From an uncultured Candidatus Rokubacteria bacterium (GTDB taxonomy: Bacteria; Methylomirabilota; Methylomirabilia; Rokubacteriales; DASRDR01), in assembly GCA_963805625.1 (NCBI GenBank), contig CAWDVE010000019.1, positions 640,001-704,000 of the forward strand: 64,000 bases of DNA, given 5' to 3'. The notes beneath the pieces were generated by a model, which made no database searches, was not told where the DNA came from, and saw only the letters and a program-made list of their open reading frames with translations. Every line of letters begins with the position of its first letter. Position 1 is the stretch's first letter. Below, piece after piece: positions 49,440 to 60,717 of the stretch. The translations under genes and the position numbers were made by a program.

Positions 49440-49790
49440 ATGGCCCCGTCGGTCGTGAACTGGGGAGCCGGACAAGAGCGGCGAGCCCGGCTCGAGGCCG
49501 AGCTCCGGCGCCTCCTGCCGATGCTGCCGCGCCTCGGGGTCACCAGGGCGATCCTCTTCGGATCCATGGCGTCGGGCGAGGTCGGGCAGACGAGCGACCT
49601 CGACCTCATCCTGGTGGCGCCGTCGACGGAGCCCTTCGTCCGCCGCCTGGCTCGCTTCTCCGAGGCCCTCGCCCCGTCGGTGGCCCTCGACCTGTTCGTC
49701 TACACCCCGGAGGAGTTCACGGCGATGGCGGAGACCAACCCCTTCGTGCGGAGGGCCCTCGCGAGCGGCCGGGTGGTCTATGCGGCCTGA
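49440..49790 (+). CDS. minimal nucleotidyltransferase (MNT) antitoxin
   Basis: ILFGSMASG....SDLDL, DLFVYTPEE. Confidence 0.88.
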   Translation: MAPSVVNWGAGQERRARLEAELRRLLPMLPRLGVTRAILFGSMASGEVGQTSDLDLILVAPSTEPFVRRLARFSEALAPSVALDLFVYTPEEFTAMAETNPFVRRALASGRVVYAA

Positions 49791-50184
49791 CCCGCGGGCC
49801 GAGGGCCTCCGCTGGCTCCGGCAGGCCGAGCACGACCTGGACGACGCGCAGTACAGTCACGCGGGTCGCCGGTACAGCCTGGCCTGCTTCCTCTGCCAGC
49901 AGGCGGCCGAGAAGGCCCTGAAGGGCTTCCTGTATGCGCGGGGGGCCGAGCAGGTCCTCGGGCACTCGGTGGCCGACCTCGTGGCGGAGTGCGCCACGCT
50001 CGACGCGGCCTTTGGCCAGCTGAGACCGCAGGCGGCCCCTCTCGATCAGTACTACGTGCCGACGCGCTACCCGAACAGCCTGCCCGGCGGGATCCCGGCC
50101 GAGGCCTTCGATGAGACCGATGGCCGCCGCGCGCTGACGCTGGCCGGGGACGTCCTGGCCCTCGTGCGGGCGACGCTCGGGTGA
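49780..50184 (+). CDS. HEPN domain protein
   Basis: WLRQAEHDL, CF..QQAAEKALK, GHS, LD.YY.PTRYP. Confidence 0.9.
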   Translation: MRPDPRAEGLRWLRQAEHDLDDAQYSHAGRRYSLACFLCQQAAEKALKGFLYARGAEQVLGHSVADLVAECATLDAAFGQLRPQAAPLDQYYVPTRYPNSLPGGIPAEAFDETDGRRALTLAGDVLALVRATLG

Positions 50185-50432
50185 GGACGACGCCCCACCC
50201 CATCGTCATTCACCCGCCAGGGGTCGGGGGACCGCCCCGCGTCCCGGGCCGCGCGTAGCGCCAGCGGCTCCGGGCCACGGCATCGAGGAGCAGGGATGGC
50301 GTCCGGGCCGCGATCTCCTCGCGTGTGAACGGGAACAGGTCGACGCCGACGGGGAAGGCGCCCGGCAGCAGATCCGGGATCCGGTCCCGCACGCCCTTCG
50401 CCGAGCCGCTCAGGACCACGAAGACATCGAGG
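50055..50432. repeat. direct repeat copy A (convergent HEPN/MNT 3' ends)
   Basis: Near-identical to 51139-51519. Confidence 0.85.
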
Positions 50433-50599
50433 TCGCTCCCCGGAGCCCAGGTTCCGTCGGCGAAGGAGCCGAAGACGATGATCTCCTCGACCTCGGGGTG
50501 CGCCGCGAAGAGACGCGCCGCGTAGGCATCCATCGCTCGCCGCACAGCCCCTTCATCGATGGATTTGACGACGACACCACTCAATGAGAGCCTCCGCAT
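50210..50599 (-). CDS. MNT nucleotidyltransferase
   Basis: IVFGSFADG...PGSDLDV, VDLFPFT..E. Confidence 0.85.
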   Translation of the reverse strand: MRRLSLSGVVVKSIDEGAVRRAMDAYAARLFAAHPEVEEIIVFGSFADGTWAPGSDLDVFVVLSGSAKGVRDRIPDLLPGAFPVGVDLFPFTREEIAARTPSLLLDAVARSRWRYARPGTRGGPPTPGG

Positions 50600-50945
50600 T
50601 GGCGATGGCCTGCTCGGCCTCGCGCCGCGTGTAGAAGTCGACCGGCGCCCCTCGTTCGAACCCGTTCGGATACCGCGTCGGGATGTAGTGCTTGTCCAGC
50701 TCCTTCGCGGCGTCGACCAGGTCCGTGGATGGCTCGAGCGCCGGGCGGAGGCTCTCCAGGAGCACGCTCAGCGTGTGGCCCCACGCGTCGAGGTGCCGCC
50801 GCTGGAAGACTGCCTTGATCGCCTTCTCGGCCGCCTGGTGTGCTGCGAAGGCGGACCAGTCGTAGTCGGCGTCATCCCGCGCGTGGTGCGCGTGCCGGAG
50901 ATCGGCCTCGGCCTGCCGCAGCCAGTCACGGGAACGCTCAGGCAT
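50553..50945 (-). CDS. HEPN domain protein
   Basis: MPERSRDWLRQAEADL, HQAAEKAIKA, WGH, LDKHYIPTRYPN. Confidence 0.9.
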   Translation of the reverse strand: MPERSRDWLRQAEADLRHAHHARDDADYDWSAFAAHQAAEKAIKAVFQRRHLDAWGHTLSVLLESLRPALEPSTDLVDAAKELDKHYIPTRYPNGFERGAPVDFYTRREAEQAIANAEALIEWCRRQIHR

Positions 50946-51138
50946 GATGCGGTACCGGCTGCAGCATACGCCAGACCACGCGCGGTCTGCCATTGGCGAG
51001 CCAGGCGCCATGCTTCACGGCCTGCTCCACGTCTCTTACCTCGAGCTCCAGGCGCTCGCGAACGAGCCGCCTGCCCGTCCAGGACATCCAGGGTCGGCGG
51101 CTCGGCTCTCATGGTACCGGTCTTGGACGATTGCTCCG

Positions 51139-51519
51139 CGTACCGACGCGCTACCCGAACAGCCTGCCCGGCGGGATCCCGGCCGAGGCCTTCGATGAGA
51201 CCGATGGCCGCCGCGCGCTGACGCTGGCCGGGGACGTCCTGGCCCTCGTGCGGGCGACGCTCGGGTGAGGACGACGCCCCACCCCATCGTCATTCACCCG
51301 CCAGGGGTCGGGGGCCCGCCCCGCGCGCCGAGCCGCGCGTAGCGCCAGCGGCTGCGGGCCACGGCATCGAGGAGCACGGATGGCGTGCTGCGGGCCGCGA
51401 TCTCCTCGCGTGTGAACGGGAACAGGTCGACGCCGACGGGGAAGGCGCCCGGCAGCAGATCCGGGATCCGGTCCCGCACGCCCTTCGCCGAGCCGCTCAG
51501 GACCACGAAGACATCGAGG
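51139..51519. pseudogene. direct repeat copy B: duplicated 3' fragments of HEPN (+) and MNT (-)
   Basis: Copy of 50055-50432 with a few substitutions and a 3-nt insertion. Neither fragment has a 5' end. Confidence 0.8.
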
Positions 51520-51531
51520 AGGGCGCGGGAC

Positions 51532-54524
51532 TCAAGGTGCAGGCCGCTGGGCAGGACGGCCATGAGCGGCCAACACCTGCATCAACAATTCGAAGGGCCC
51601 TCGACCCACGTCGCGTCCGTGCTCTGTCCAGAGGCGATAGGCGATCATCGGTTCGCCCACAGCCACACGACCCAGCATGGCGACGGGTAGCAGGTAATGG
51701 CGGCGCTCGGCGGGCTCGTCCCCGGCCCCCAGCAACTTCTCCGCGTGCTCGGCCATGCCGCGTCCATCGCGGAGCCCTACCGCTTTCAGGAGATCGATCC
51801 AGTCACGCTCCCGCGACGTGGGAGCCGCGGCGCATGGCAGCCGCTCGAGGCGTGTCCAGACCTCGCTCAGCTCCTCGGGGTGGAGATACGGGACGATGTT
51901 CAGGGCCACCGTGAACAAGAGGCCGCGCTTGTCCGCCGACCCGGACGCGTCCGTGCAGTCTCGGAGCATCCCTCTGGCCTGCTCGAGCACCTCAGGCACG
52001 AAGGTGCCTGGGGGTGGCTCCATGTTCCGAGCGAGGTCATGAAAGAGAGCGGCCCGATGGGCGGCGACGGCGACGGGCATGTCGACGTCGGGCTTGGCCG
52101 AGCCTCCCGCTCGTGGGCGTAGGATCCCGGTCAGCGTCTCGAGGACGGGGATCGGTCGCAACCCGATGAAGAGCAGCGCTTGAGCATTCTGGTCCATGAA
52201 GCGGGCCCGGGCGGCGCGCTGGTCCAGGATCGGGTAGTAGTCCGAGTTGGGGGGCATCCTGCAGGGACTCGAGCCAGGGTGCCAGCAGGCGCTTATCCCC
52301 GACCTTCCGGATCGCCAGATCCCGGACCTCGTGAATCCGGATTCCGGCGAGTTCCTTGGCGAGCGCCGGGTTCGCGAACACATGCGGCCTGGGCTTCGGG
52401 TACCGGGCGATCGCGGGTGGCCACGATGAGGATGTCGCCCGTGTTCGCCGCGTAGATCGCGTAGTCGGCGAAGGCCGGCTGGAGCGCCTTCAGCACCGAT
52501 GCCACCAGGTCCAGGTCGAACTCGTAGAGCTGAAGCCACTGGACGAGGAGTCCGCCGGGGTTGAGGTGGCGACTGGTCAGGCGATAGAACTCCACGGAGA
52601 AGAGCCCCGCGACCCCGCTCACCCAGGGGTTCGATGGCTCCGAGACGATGACGATCGTACCGACTGTTGTGGGTCGAGAAGAACGTCTTGGCGTCGTCGA
52701 TGTGGATCCGGCTTCTCGGATCGCGGTACGCGCGGGCGTTGCGAGGCAGGAAGCCGGCCGCCGCCTCGACCATGGCCTCCTCGATCTCGATCGTGTCGAC
52801 GACCTGCAGCGTGGGCGCGCTCAGCAGCACGTGCGTGGTCAGCCCGGAGCCCATCCCGATGTTGGCGGCAGTCCTGGCCGTGGGATGGAGCAGGAGCGGC
52901 AGCGCGCCGCTCAGCACCATTGTTGACTCGTCCACCGGGCGCCGATCCGTCGGCCCCAGGTTGAGGAGCGCGTCGATCTTGCCGTTGGTCCGGATGGACA
53001 CGAAGCCGTGCTCGTCGACTAGGTGGACCGTCGCCGTCTTGCCGTCCTTGTGGAATAGGATGTCCGCGCCCTCGGAAGAGAGGACCCTCTGGAACCCCCT
53101 GAACACCCCCGATGCCATTCCGTATGCGTCCAGCTCGACCGCGAGCAGGGTCACGGCGATGGCGCTGGCCCCGAGTACGGTCGCGACCGCTGGCAGGCGG
53201 ACCCCGATGGTGCCGCGGAGGCGCCAGAGAAGCAGGAGGCCCAGCCCGATGTCGAGGGCGGCGCCGGAGGAGATCAAGGTCCGGAGGCCCAGGGTCGGCA
53301 TCCCGAGGTGGATGGCGAAGAAGACGCCCGCGATGGCGCCCACGGTGTTGGCGCCGTAGACGGCCCCGATGCTTCCCTCGCCCCGCCCGCTTCGGATGAG
53401 GACAGTACGTGATGAGGGGAAGGGTGGTCCCCGCGCAGAACGTCGTGGGCAGCATGATGGCGGCGGCGACGGCATGGCTCGCGAGATTGAACTCGAGATA
53501 GCCCGTGCCGGTCTTTGGCAGGGTGGCGACCAGCCAGCGCATCACACCGAAGGTGCTGTTGTAGAGATAGAGCGTGGAGAGCGCCAGAAGGCCCATCGCC
53601 ACCTGGACCACGCCGAGGAACCTGAGCGGCTCTCCGAGCGTGTCGATCCGGCGCCGGATCCACAGCCCGCCGAACGCCAGCCCGAGAATGAACGCGCTCA
53701 GCATCAGCTCGAAGGCGTGGGTCGAGCTCCCGAGCACCAGGCTCAGCAACCGGATCCATCCGACCTCGTAGATGAACGATGCGGCGCCCGTGAGCAGGGC
53801 GACGAGCAGGAGCAGCGCGTAGCGCCCCCGGTCCCGCGCCATCTCCGGGGATTCTGACGGCCCGAGGAACGCCGGCTCCGGCCGCGACCCGGCCTGCCAC
53901 CAGGCCACGGCCGCCAGCGCGAGGTTGATCGCGCCGGCGACGGCTCCGGTCCCGGGCAGTCCTACGAATCGGATCAGGAGGAAGCCGCTGGCGAGCACGC
54001 CCAGAGCCCCGCCCACGCTGTTGCAGAAGTAGAGAGTCGCCAGCGCGGTCCCGGGCTGGTCCGGAGCGCGGCGGATCATTCCGCCGGCCATCAGGGGGAA
54101 CGTCATCCCGAGCAGAATCGACTGCGGAAGGATGAGCAGCGCGGCAAGCCCCCACTTGAACGCCATGACGGCTTCCACGGAACCGAGCGCCGGCATGAGG
54201 GTGCTGTAGGCGAGGCTAACGGATCGCTCGAATACCGAATGGAATGCGAGTGCGATGAGCCCGATGACGGCTTCAGCGAGGGCATACCCGCGGAGGAGGT
54301 TTGGCCACCGGGCCGACCAGCGGCCACATAACCATGAGCCGACGGCCATCCCGCCCATGAAGATGGCGAGCACCAGCGTCTGGGCGTACGCGGCGTGTCC
54401 GAGGAACAGCTTGAGATAGTGCGTCCAGAGAGACTCGTAGATCAGCCCGGAGAACCCGGAAGACGGTGAACACGAGGAACAGGACGCGCGGGGAGGGTGC
54501 CCGCCCGACGACCGTTTCACCCAT
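51532..54524 (-). CDS. fused membrane/spermidine-synthase-like protein, split by five +1 frameshifts
   Basis: SGFSGLIYE, LGHAAYAQ, MTFP, LGSSTHAFE, IGMGSGLT, IEIE, DDAK, VSEPSNPW, WLQLYE, NSDYYP.LD across successive frames. Confidence 0.8.
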
Positions 54525-55035
54525 TCGGCTCGGGCTCGTGGAAGGGTTCCTCCCCTGTCGGTGAGCATGCCGAACCCCAGAACCGGCCGGGGTCGACGGT
54601 GTCGTATTGCAGCATGCCTGCGCGGTGCGGTCAATCAGTCGCGTGCAGCCGCCAGCGTATCGGCAACGGGCGCCGCTTCCGGAGCCTCAGGCGGAATCGT
54701 TAGGTCGTCGACGTGAGCCGTTCTAGACGGGATGGCTCGTATCGGTAAGGTCTCCCGCCGTCACACCGACTTGTCGGTCTCTTTTCGACCCGCGTGGATG
54801 GCGGCACCGGATGGGAGTCCCATCGATGCTCAGACGCCCAGCACGCGGGAGGTCCCGATCGGACGTGGCCGGACCGCGACGGTTACGGCGATCCTCGATA
54901 CTGGGGCCCTCGCTCTGCGCTCGCGCGTGGGCCACGGCGCTGGCGCGTCGGCCGATCTTGGGAGGAGGCGTCGTCACCAGGCAGCCGTGGCGATCGAGGG
55001 GGGACCGCGGCACCAGGGTGGAGGCGATCAATGCC

Positions 55036-55084
55036 AAACAAAAGCACGAGCGCCAGGGCGTCGACGACGCGCCTGGCGCTCGTG
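55036..55084 (-). terminator. intrinsic terminator of the PEP-CTERM gene
   Basis: CACGAGCGCCAGG...CCTGGCGCTCGTG stem followed by CTTTTGTTT on the minus strand. Confidence 0.7.
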
Positions 55085-55098
55085 TCGGGGAAGAGACG

Positions 55099-55759
55099 TT
55101 ACTTGCGGCGGCGGCTGACCACTCGCCGCGCCACACCGACACTCACGAGACCGGCACCGAGCAGCATGAGCGTTCCCGGCTCGGGAACCGCCCCCGGTTT
55201 CTCTCCCGCGAAGACCGAGCCTGTACCGGTGTCTCCCGGCACACACTCGGAGCCCTCGCAGCCGTCCGGGCCGATGTTCCCAATGTGGACCGCGGCATCA
55301 ACGCCGGCCGAGTTCACGAAGAAGAAGTCACTAATGTCCAGAGCGCCGCTATCGTTGTGGAACACCAGCGTGGCCGTGTCGGTCGTACCGATATTCCCCT
55401 GTCGCTGGGACGTCGATATCGAAGCAGCCGACGCAGCCATCGGCATTGACACCGTCAGGGGAGAAGGTCAGGGTAGTCGCGTCACCGGTGACACTCAAGT
55501 CGTCCCCGTCCGGGCTACCATCATAATTGAGCTTGACTGAGAGGATCTTGTTCCCCGTCCCGGTCAGATCGATGTCGAGCTGCACATCGTCCCCGAGATC
55601 CGTGAACGTCAGGGTGCCGTATGAGCTCGTATCGCTACAGACGCCGCCCGAAAAAGCGCAGTTGAGATCCGAGGTGGTGACGGCGTGCGCCTGGAGTGGC
55701 AGCCCGATGGCCACAATCGCCCCCACCAGGAGGCCAAGAACGGTCAAGAAAGACTTCAT
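55099..55759 (-). CDS. PEP-CTERM sorting domain protein (+1 frameshift at ~55398)
   Basis: RBS AAGGAG, signal peptide ending AHA, D/T/S/G-rich body, VPEPGTLMLLGAGL-TM-RRVVSRRRK. Confidence 0.85.
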
Positions 55760-55815
55760 TTCGCTCTCCTTTACTCTTGTATTGACGTGTGATCCAAGGC
55801 ATCTGCCATAGAATA

Positions 55816-55914
55816 AGCAGGCTATCGTGCCACTCAGAGGATCTACAATAGAATTAATGGTGTTACAGCGCGGCAGATTTTCCTGACTGACTCCCATCAG
55901 TAAAGCAAGCCGAC
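55816..55914 (-). promoter_or_regulatory. sigma-54 promoter and upstream activator box
   Basis: TGGCACG-ATAGC-CTGC (55816-55832, one base longer than consensus). GTCGG-CTTG-CTTTAC at 55900-55914. Confidence 0.55.
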
Positions 55915-56139
55915 AGATTTCCGCCAGTCCTCTCAAATGTCCTCGGCCATAGCCCGTTGCAACCCCTCAACAAATAAGCGATCTGGGAACGCCTCGGACC
56001 GGAGTGTCTGTGTTCCTTACAAGCTGCCAGCCTGCCCGGAGGGATTCCGCCCCCCATGTCTGTGGCTCTGAGGCTGGATCCGCCCCGCGCGCCACGCAAG
56101 CCCTCCGGCCGAAGCCCACAACGCAGCCCTGGGGCACGG

Positions 56140-57532
56140 CTAGCTCTCGTTAAGGTTGGCGCTCGGTCGGAGGAGGCGACCGTCGATGGCGTGCTTGTCG
56201 AGGAGGTCGTGGAGGGTGGGCCGGCTCACCCCGAGCTCCTTGGCCGCCTGGCTGATGTTGCCCCTGGTCCGGGTCAGGGCTTCCAGGAGGAGCTCCCGCT
56301 CGAGCTGGTTGCGGGCCTCCTTGAGAGGCCGGGGCGCCTCCCCGGATCCCGTAGCCGCCGCGAACCCGAGGTCGGCCGGCTCGATGAACTTGCCCCGCGC
56401 CATGATGACGGCCCGCTGGACCACGTTCTCCAGCTCCCGGATGTTCCCAGGCCACGCGTACCCCGCGAGGGCTGCCAAGGCATCCTGGCTGAACTGGAGC
56501 TTGCGTCGCTGTTCCTGGCAGTTGCGACGGAGCAGCGTGTTGGCCAGGAGGATGATGTCCTCCCCGCGCTCGCGGAGCGGGGGGAGCGTGATCGTCACCA
56601 CCGAGAGCCGGAAGTAGAGGTCCTCCCGGAAGCGGCCGCCCGCGATCTCGGCCTTGAGGTCCTTGTTGGTCGCCGCGACGACCCGCACGTCGACCTTGAT
56701 CCGGTCCCGGCCGCCGATCCGCTCGATCTCGCGCTCCTGGAGGAACCGGAGGAGCTTGACCTGGAGCAGGAGGCTCATCTCGCCGATCTCGTCGAGAAAG
56801 AGCGTCCCGCCGTCGGCCCCCTCGAGCTTCCCCTTCCGCTGGACGTGAGCGCCCGTGTACGCGCCCCGTCTCGTGTCCGAACAGCTCCGCCTCCAGCAAC
56901 GTCTCGGGGATCGCCCCGCAGTTGATCGGGACGAACGGGCGGTCGCGCCGGCGGCTCTTCGCATGGACGGCGTGGGCGAGGAGCTCCTTGCCGGTCCCGC
57001 TCTCGCCCTCGACGAGCACCGTGGCGTCGGTCCGGGCGACCCGCGTCACGATGTCGAAGATCTCGCGCATCTTGGGCGAGTGGCCGACGAGGTCCTCGAA
57101 CCGGGCGGACGCCTCCGCGTCCCCCACCTGCTGAGCCGCTTCGGTCTCCACCCCGTGGAGGAACAGGGCGCGGCGGAGAACGACCCTCAGCGCGTCGATG
57201 TCGACGGGCTTCGCCTGGTAGTCGAAAGCCCCGGCCTGCACCGCCCGGAGGGCGTTGGCCCGGTCGGCGTTCCCCGTGAGGACCACGACCCGGGTGGACG
57301 GCGCCGCGCGGAGGATCTCCTCCAGGGTCTTCAGCCCTTCCTCAGCCGTGTGGGCGGCGGGCGGGAGGCCCAGGTCGAGGGTCACTACCGGCGGCTGGGC
57401 CTCGCGGAGCCGCGCGAGGGCCTGCGAGCGGTCCCCGGCGAGGATGAGGCTGAATTCGTCCCTCAGCGCGTATTTGAGCTGGGTCTGAATGGCCTCGTCG
57501 TCCTCGACGATCAGCAGCCGCGACTGGCTCAC
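56140..57532 (-). CDS. prsR: PEP-CTERM-box response regulator (+1 frameshift at ~56869)
   Basis: [15 protein letters not shown]....[41 protein letters not shown], Fis HTH. Downstream of prsK. Confidence 0.88.
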
Positions 57533-57586
57533 GGCACTCCCGGCCCCCGGTCCCTTGGCGAGCGGCTCAATCACGGCCGGTCCACA

Positions 57587-57778
57587 CTTGCATGGGCGAT
57601 GAGACTGAGGGACGTCCGGGGGAGGGGACGCCTCTCCTGGCGCGTACTCCTCTTCGATCATCTCGAACACGTGGACCAGTTCGGCCTGGGCCTCGGCAGG
57701 CGTCCGGCCGATCGCGTCGCAGCCGGACGTGCTGTCGTCGGGTCGAATCACGATCGTGTAGCGATGGGCGCTGCTCAT
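57587..57778 (-). pseudogene. HicB-like antitoxin remnant in an insert between prsK and prsR
   Basis: [33 protein letters not shown]; the central strand of HicB appears deleted. Confidence 0.55.
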
Positions 57779-58002
57779 GTCGATGCCCGTGAAGATCGAT
57801 GCCCGTGAAGACGTCATCATGCCTCGCTGTTCACTATAATGCTCGATATCCCTGCCGAGTGGGCGGAGACAAGAGTTCGGCGCTCGTCTGGCCTCCAAGG
57901 AGGGTTGGGGCGCGCCGCCCACGCGCGGCCGTGATCCCATTCGAGGCGAGCAAACTGGACGGATGGCCTCGTCGTCTTCGACGATCAGGAGCCGCGGCTG
58001 GC

Positions 58003-60129
58003 TCACGCCGGGCCTTCCCGCCAGGCCCCGCTCACCCCGGCGACCGCCTCCCCGGCGACCGGCAACCGCACCCGGAAAGTCGTGCCCCGGCCGGGCGTGC
58101 TCGTCACGGCGATCATGCCCCCGTGCCGCTCGATGATGTCCCGGGCCTGGAAGAGCCCGATCCCCCAGCCGCCGTCCTTGCTCGAGCGGAAGGGCGTGAA
58201 GAGGGACGTCCGCATGAACTCCTCCGACATCCCCGGTCCCGTGTCGGTCACCGAGACGACCACGGCGCCCTCCGTCCCCTCGACCGCGACGGTCACCGTG
58301 CCCGCTCCGGGGATAGCCTCGGCCGCGTTCTTGACGAGGTTCTGGAGCGCCTGGAGGAGGGCCTCGGCGTCCGCGGGCACCGGAGGGATCGGTCGGATGT
58401 CGGTCAGCACCGTGAGACGCGCGTCGGCGCGCAAGGGCCGGACAGCCTCGTCTACCAGCGCGGCGAGGTCGACCGGCTCGAGGGTCAGCTCGGCGGCCTT
58501 CTCGGGCGACCCCAGTTTCCCCAGCAGCCTCGTCATCCGCTCGACGGTGCGGGAGAGCGTCCGAATGCTGTCCTGCTGGAACTCCGGGTCGTCGAAGTAG
58601 GTGAGGGCGTTGCGGGCCAGCAGGGACAGCGCGGAGACCGAGTTCTTGAGGTCGTGGATCACGTACGAGGTCAGGCGGTGGAAGGCGTCGAACTCCCGGG
58701 TGCGCGCGAGCGCCTCCGACATGTGGGCGGTGGCGATCGAGCCGGCCGCCTGCTCACCGATCGTCGCCATGAAGAGGAGGTCCTCGAGCCCGTACCCGAG
58801 GCCCGAGCGCTCGGGGCCGAGGAGGATGAACCCGGTCAGCGTCCCCTGCCAGACGAGCGGCAGCGCCACCGAGCCCTCGCCGAACGCCCCAGCCAGCTCG
58901 GCCAGCAGCGCCGGGTCGACGCCCCCGTCGAGGACGATCGGGTACCGCGCCTCCCGGAGGCGGCCGACCAGGGGCGCGTCGGCCAACACGCCGCCCGGCG
59001 AGGCCGGCAGGTCGAGCGTCGCCACCGCGCGATACGGTCCCCCGGGCGCGTCGGCCAGGTAGAGCGCCGCCCGGGTGCTCCCCACCGCCTCGGTCAGGGC
59101 CTCCAGGAGCTGGGGCCCGATCTCGTCGACCGTCACCAGCGAGGCCATGCGCTTGGTGAAGGCGACCCAGTGCTCGCGGTAGTCGTACTTGCTGCGGTAG
59201 AGGTTCAGCGCGACGAAGCGCTTGATCCGCCACCGCACCCGGTCGGAGAGCAGGACGAGGGCGAGCAACAGCGCCGAGACGAAGATGACCAGCGAGCCCC
59301 AGAACGCCTGCTCCGGGATCTCGAGATAGTTCAGCAGCCAGGCGAGGGCCCCCACGGCGAGCAGGTAGACGCCGAGCACGCTGACCACGACCGACCGGTA
59401 GAGGAGGGCGCGCGAGATCGTCAGCTCGATGTCGCGGAGGCGCTCGCGGGCAACCCCGACCGCCATGAGGGCCGTCGCGACCAGGAGGGTGGCGGCCCCG
59501 ATCATCAGGGAGTCCGCGGTGACGACCCGGAAGGCGGCGACCTGGCTCGCTAGATAGAACCGCACGAGAAAGATGCCCCCGAGCCCGAGCGCCAGGAACT
59601 TGACGCGGCCGCGCGCCCGGACGCCGGCGCTGCGGAGCGCGGTCTCCAGGCCGGCCAGGATCGCGACCGAGAGCAGGATCTCCAGGACCGCCAGGTAGAC
59701 ACCCAGGGGCTCGACAGCGGCGATCTCGAAGGGCCCCGACACGGGCGGGAACCGGAAGAGGTCGCCCGTCACCAGGACGGCGGCGCCCGCGACGACGAGC
59801 CCGCTCGCCGCCACCATGGCGCCGCGCCAGCCGGTCGGGATCGCCGCCTGGCGGTGGGTGAGCGCGGCAACGAACACCCCCCAGAGGAGCGGCGCCGCCA
59901 GCGCGGCGACGCCATGCAGCTGGAGCCACGGCCCGGGGTCGCCGGTGATCGCCGTTCCGGCCAAGAGCGCCCACGCCGCGGCCGACTGGACAGCGAACGC
60001 CAGCATCCCAAAGGCGAAGCTCCACTCGAGCCGGCTGAGCGGGCGCCGGACGAGCACCGCCACCGCCAGCGCGATGCAGGCGAGGCCGGCGGCGACTGGG
60101 AGCAGAGACCCGACGGGCAGGCCGGTCAA
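58003..60129 (-). CDS. prsK: PEP-CTERM system histidine kinase
   Basis: Multi-TM N-terminus, [15 protein letters not shown] region, [37 protein letters not shown]. Confidence 0.92.
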   Translation of the reverse strand: MTGLPVGSLLPVAAGLACIALAVAVLVRRPLSRLEWSFAFGMLAFAVQSAAAWALLAGTAITGDPGPWLQLHGVAALAAPLLWGVFVAALTHRQAAIPTGWRGAMVAASGLVVAGAAVLVTGDLFRFPPVSGPFEIAAVEPLGVYLAVLEILLSVAILAGLETALRSAGVRARGRVKFLALGLGGIFLVRFYLASQVAAFRVVTADSLMIGAATLLVATALMAVGVARERLRDIELTISRALLYRSVVVSVLGVYLLAVGALAWLLNYLEIPEQAFWGSLVIFVSALLLALVLLSDRVRWRIKRFVALNLYRSKYDYREHWVAFTKRMASLVTVDEIGPQLLEALTEAVGSTRAALYLADAPGGPYRAVATLDLPASPGGVLADAPLVGRLREARYPIVLDGGVDPALLAELAGAFGEGSVALPLVWQGTLTGFILLGPERSGLGYGLEDLLFMATIGEQAAGSIATAHMSEALARTREFDAFHRLTSYVIHDLKNSVSALSLLARNALTYFDDPEFQQDSIRTLSRTVERMTRLLGKLGSPEKAAELTLEPVDLAALVDEAVRPLRADARLTVLTDIRPIPPVPADAEALLQALQNLVKNAAEAIPGAGTVTVAVEGTEGAVVVSVTDTGPGMSEEFMRTSLFTPFRSSKDGGWGIGLFQARDIIERHGGMIAVTSTPGRGTTFRVRLPVAGEAVAGVSGAWREGPA

Positions 60130-60717
60130 GGGGACGTCGTCAAGGCGGCCGGGGCCTCGTTCCGTCCGAGAAATGTCGACGCTGAGGCGCCATGTCCATC
60201 ACTCACGATGTGGAGGCCGCTGAGTGTCTTGAAACGTGACGCCATCGTGTAATCCATTCCGTATGCGCCACAATACCTTTCAACCTTTCTGCCATCGGGC
60301 ATGAGAGCCCGACGTGGTGGCATGACCTCTAAGAAGGGCCATAGAATAGGGGCCTGGTTGGGCATCGGTGGAACTTAGCGCGGCGCGTCATGAGGCAGGT
60401 GGCCTTCCACCGCTACTCACCCTGTGCCCCCTGCTTCGGCATTTGGGTAATCTTTTTCGCAGGCTGGTAGTTTCGAGCCACGAAGCCCTTGATATTCGAG
60501 ATCGATCCCGGTTGGTACCTGGATTGCCTATCAGTAGTCGCGCGATGCGGACGATTCACCCGCCCTGCACTGGTTCCATGGGTTCTGGCCGCGCCCGTGC
60601 TGGCGGGGCTGGTATGGCCGCCCGGCAGGCCGGCGGCAAGATTGAGCGAAACGCTTCCCGACCGCCATCCGTCGTCTCCTCAACGCCGGGGATGAACTGT
60701 CGAGAAAGGTCGTCACG

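Noticed and set aside
52250-56870. Programmed frameshifting or phase variation in the PEP-CTERM locus
   Set aside because: The sites mostly lack slippery or long homopolymer tracts and all are +1, so sequencing error is more parsimonious.
60126-60717. Short ORFs in the lower-GC prsK/prsT intergenic region
   Set aside because: No motifs or RBS and atypical composition; most likely a divergent promoter region.
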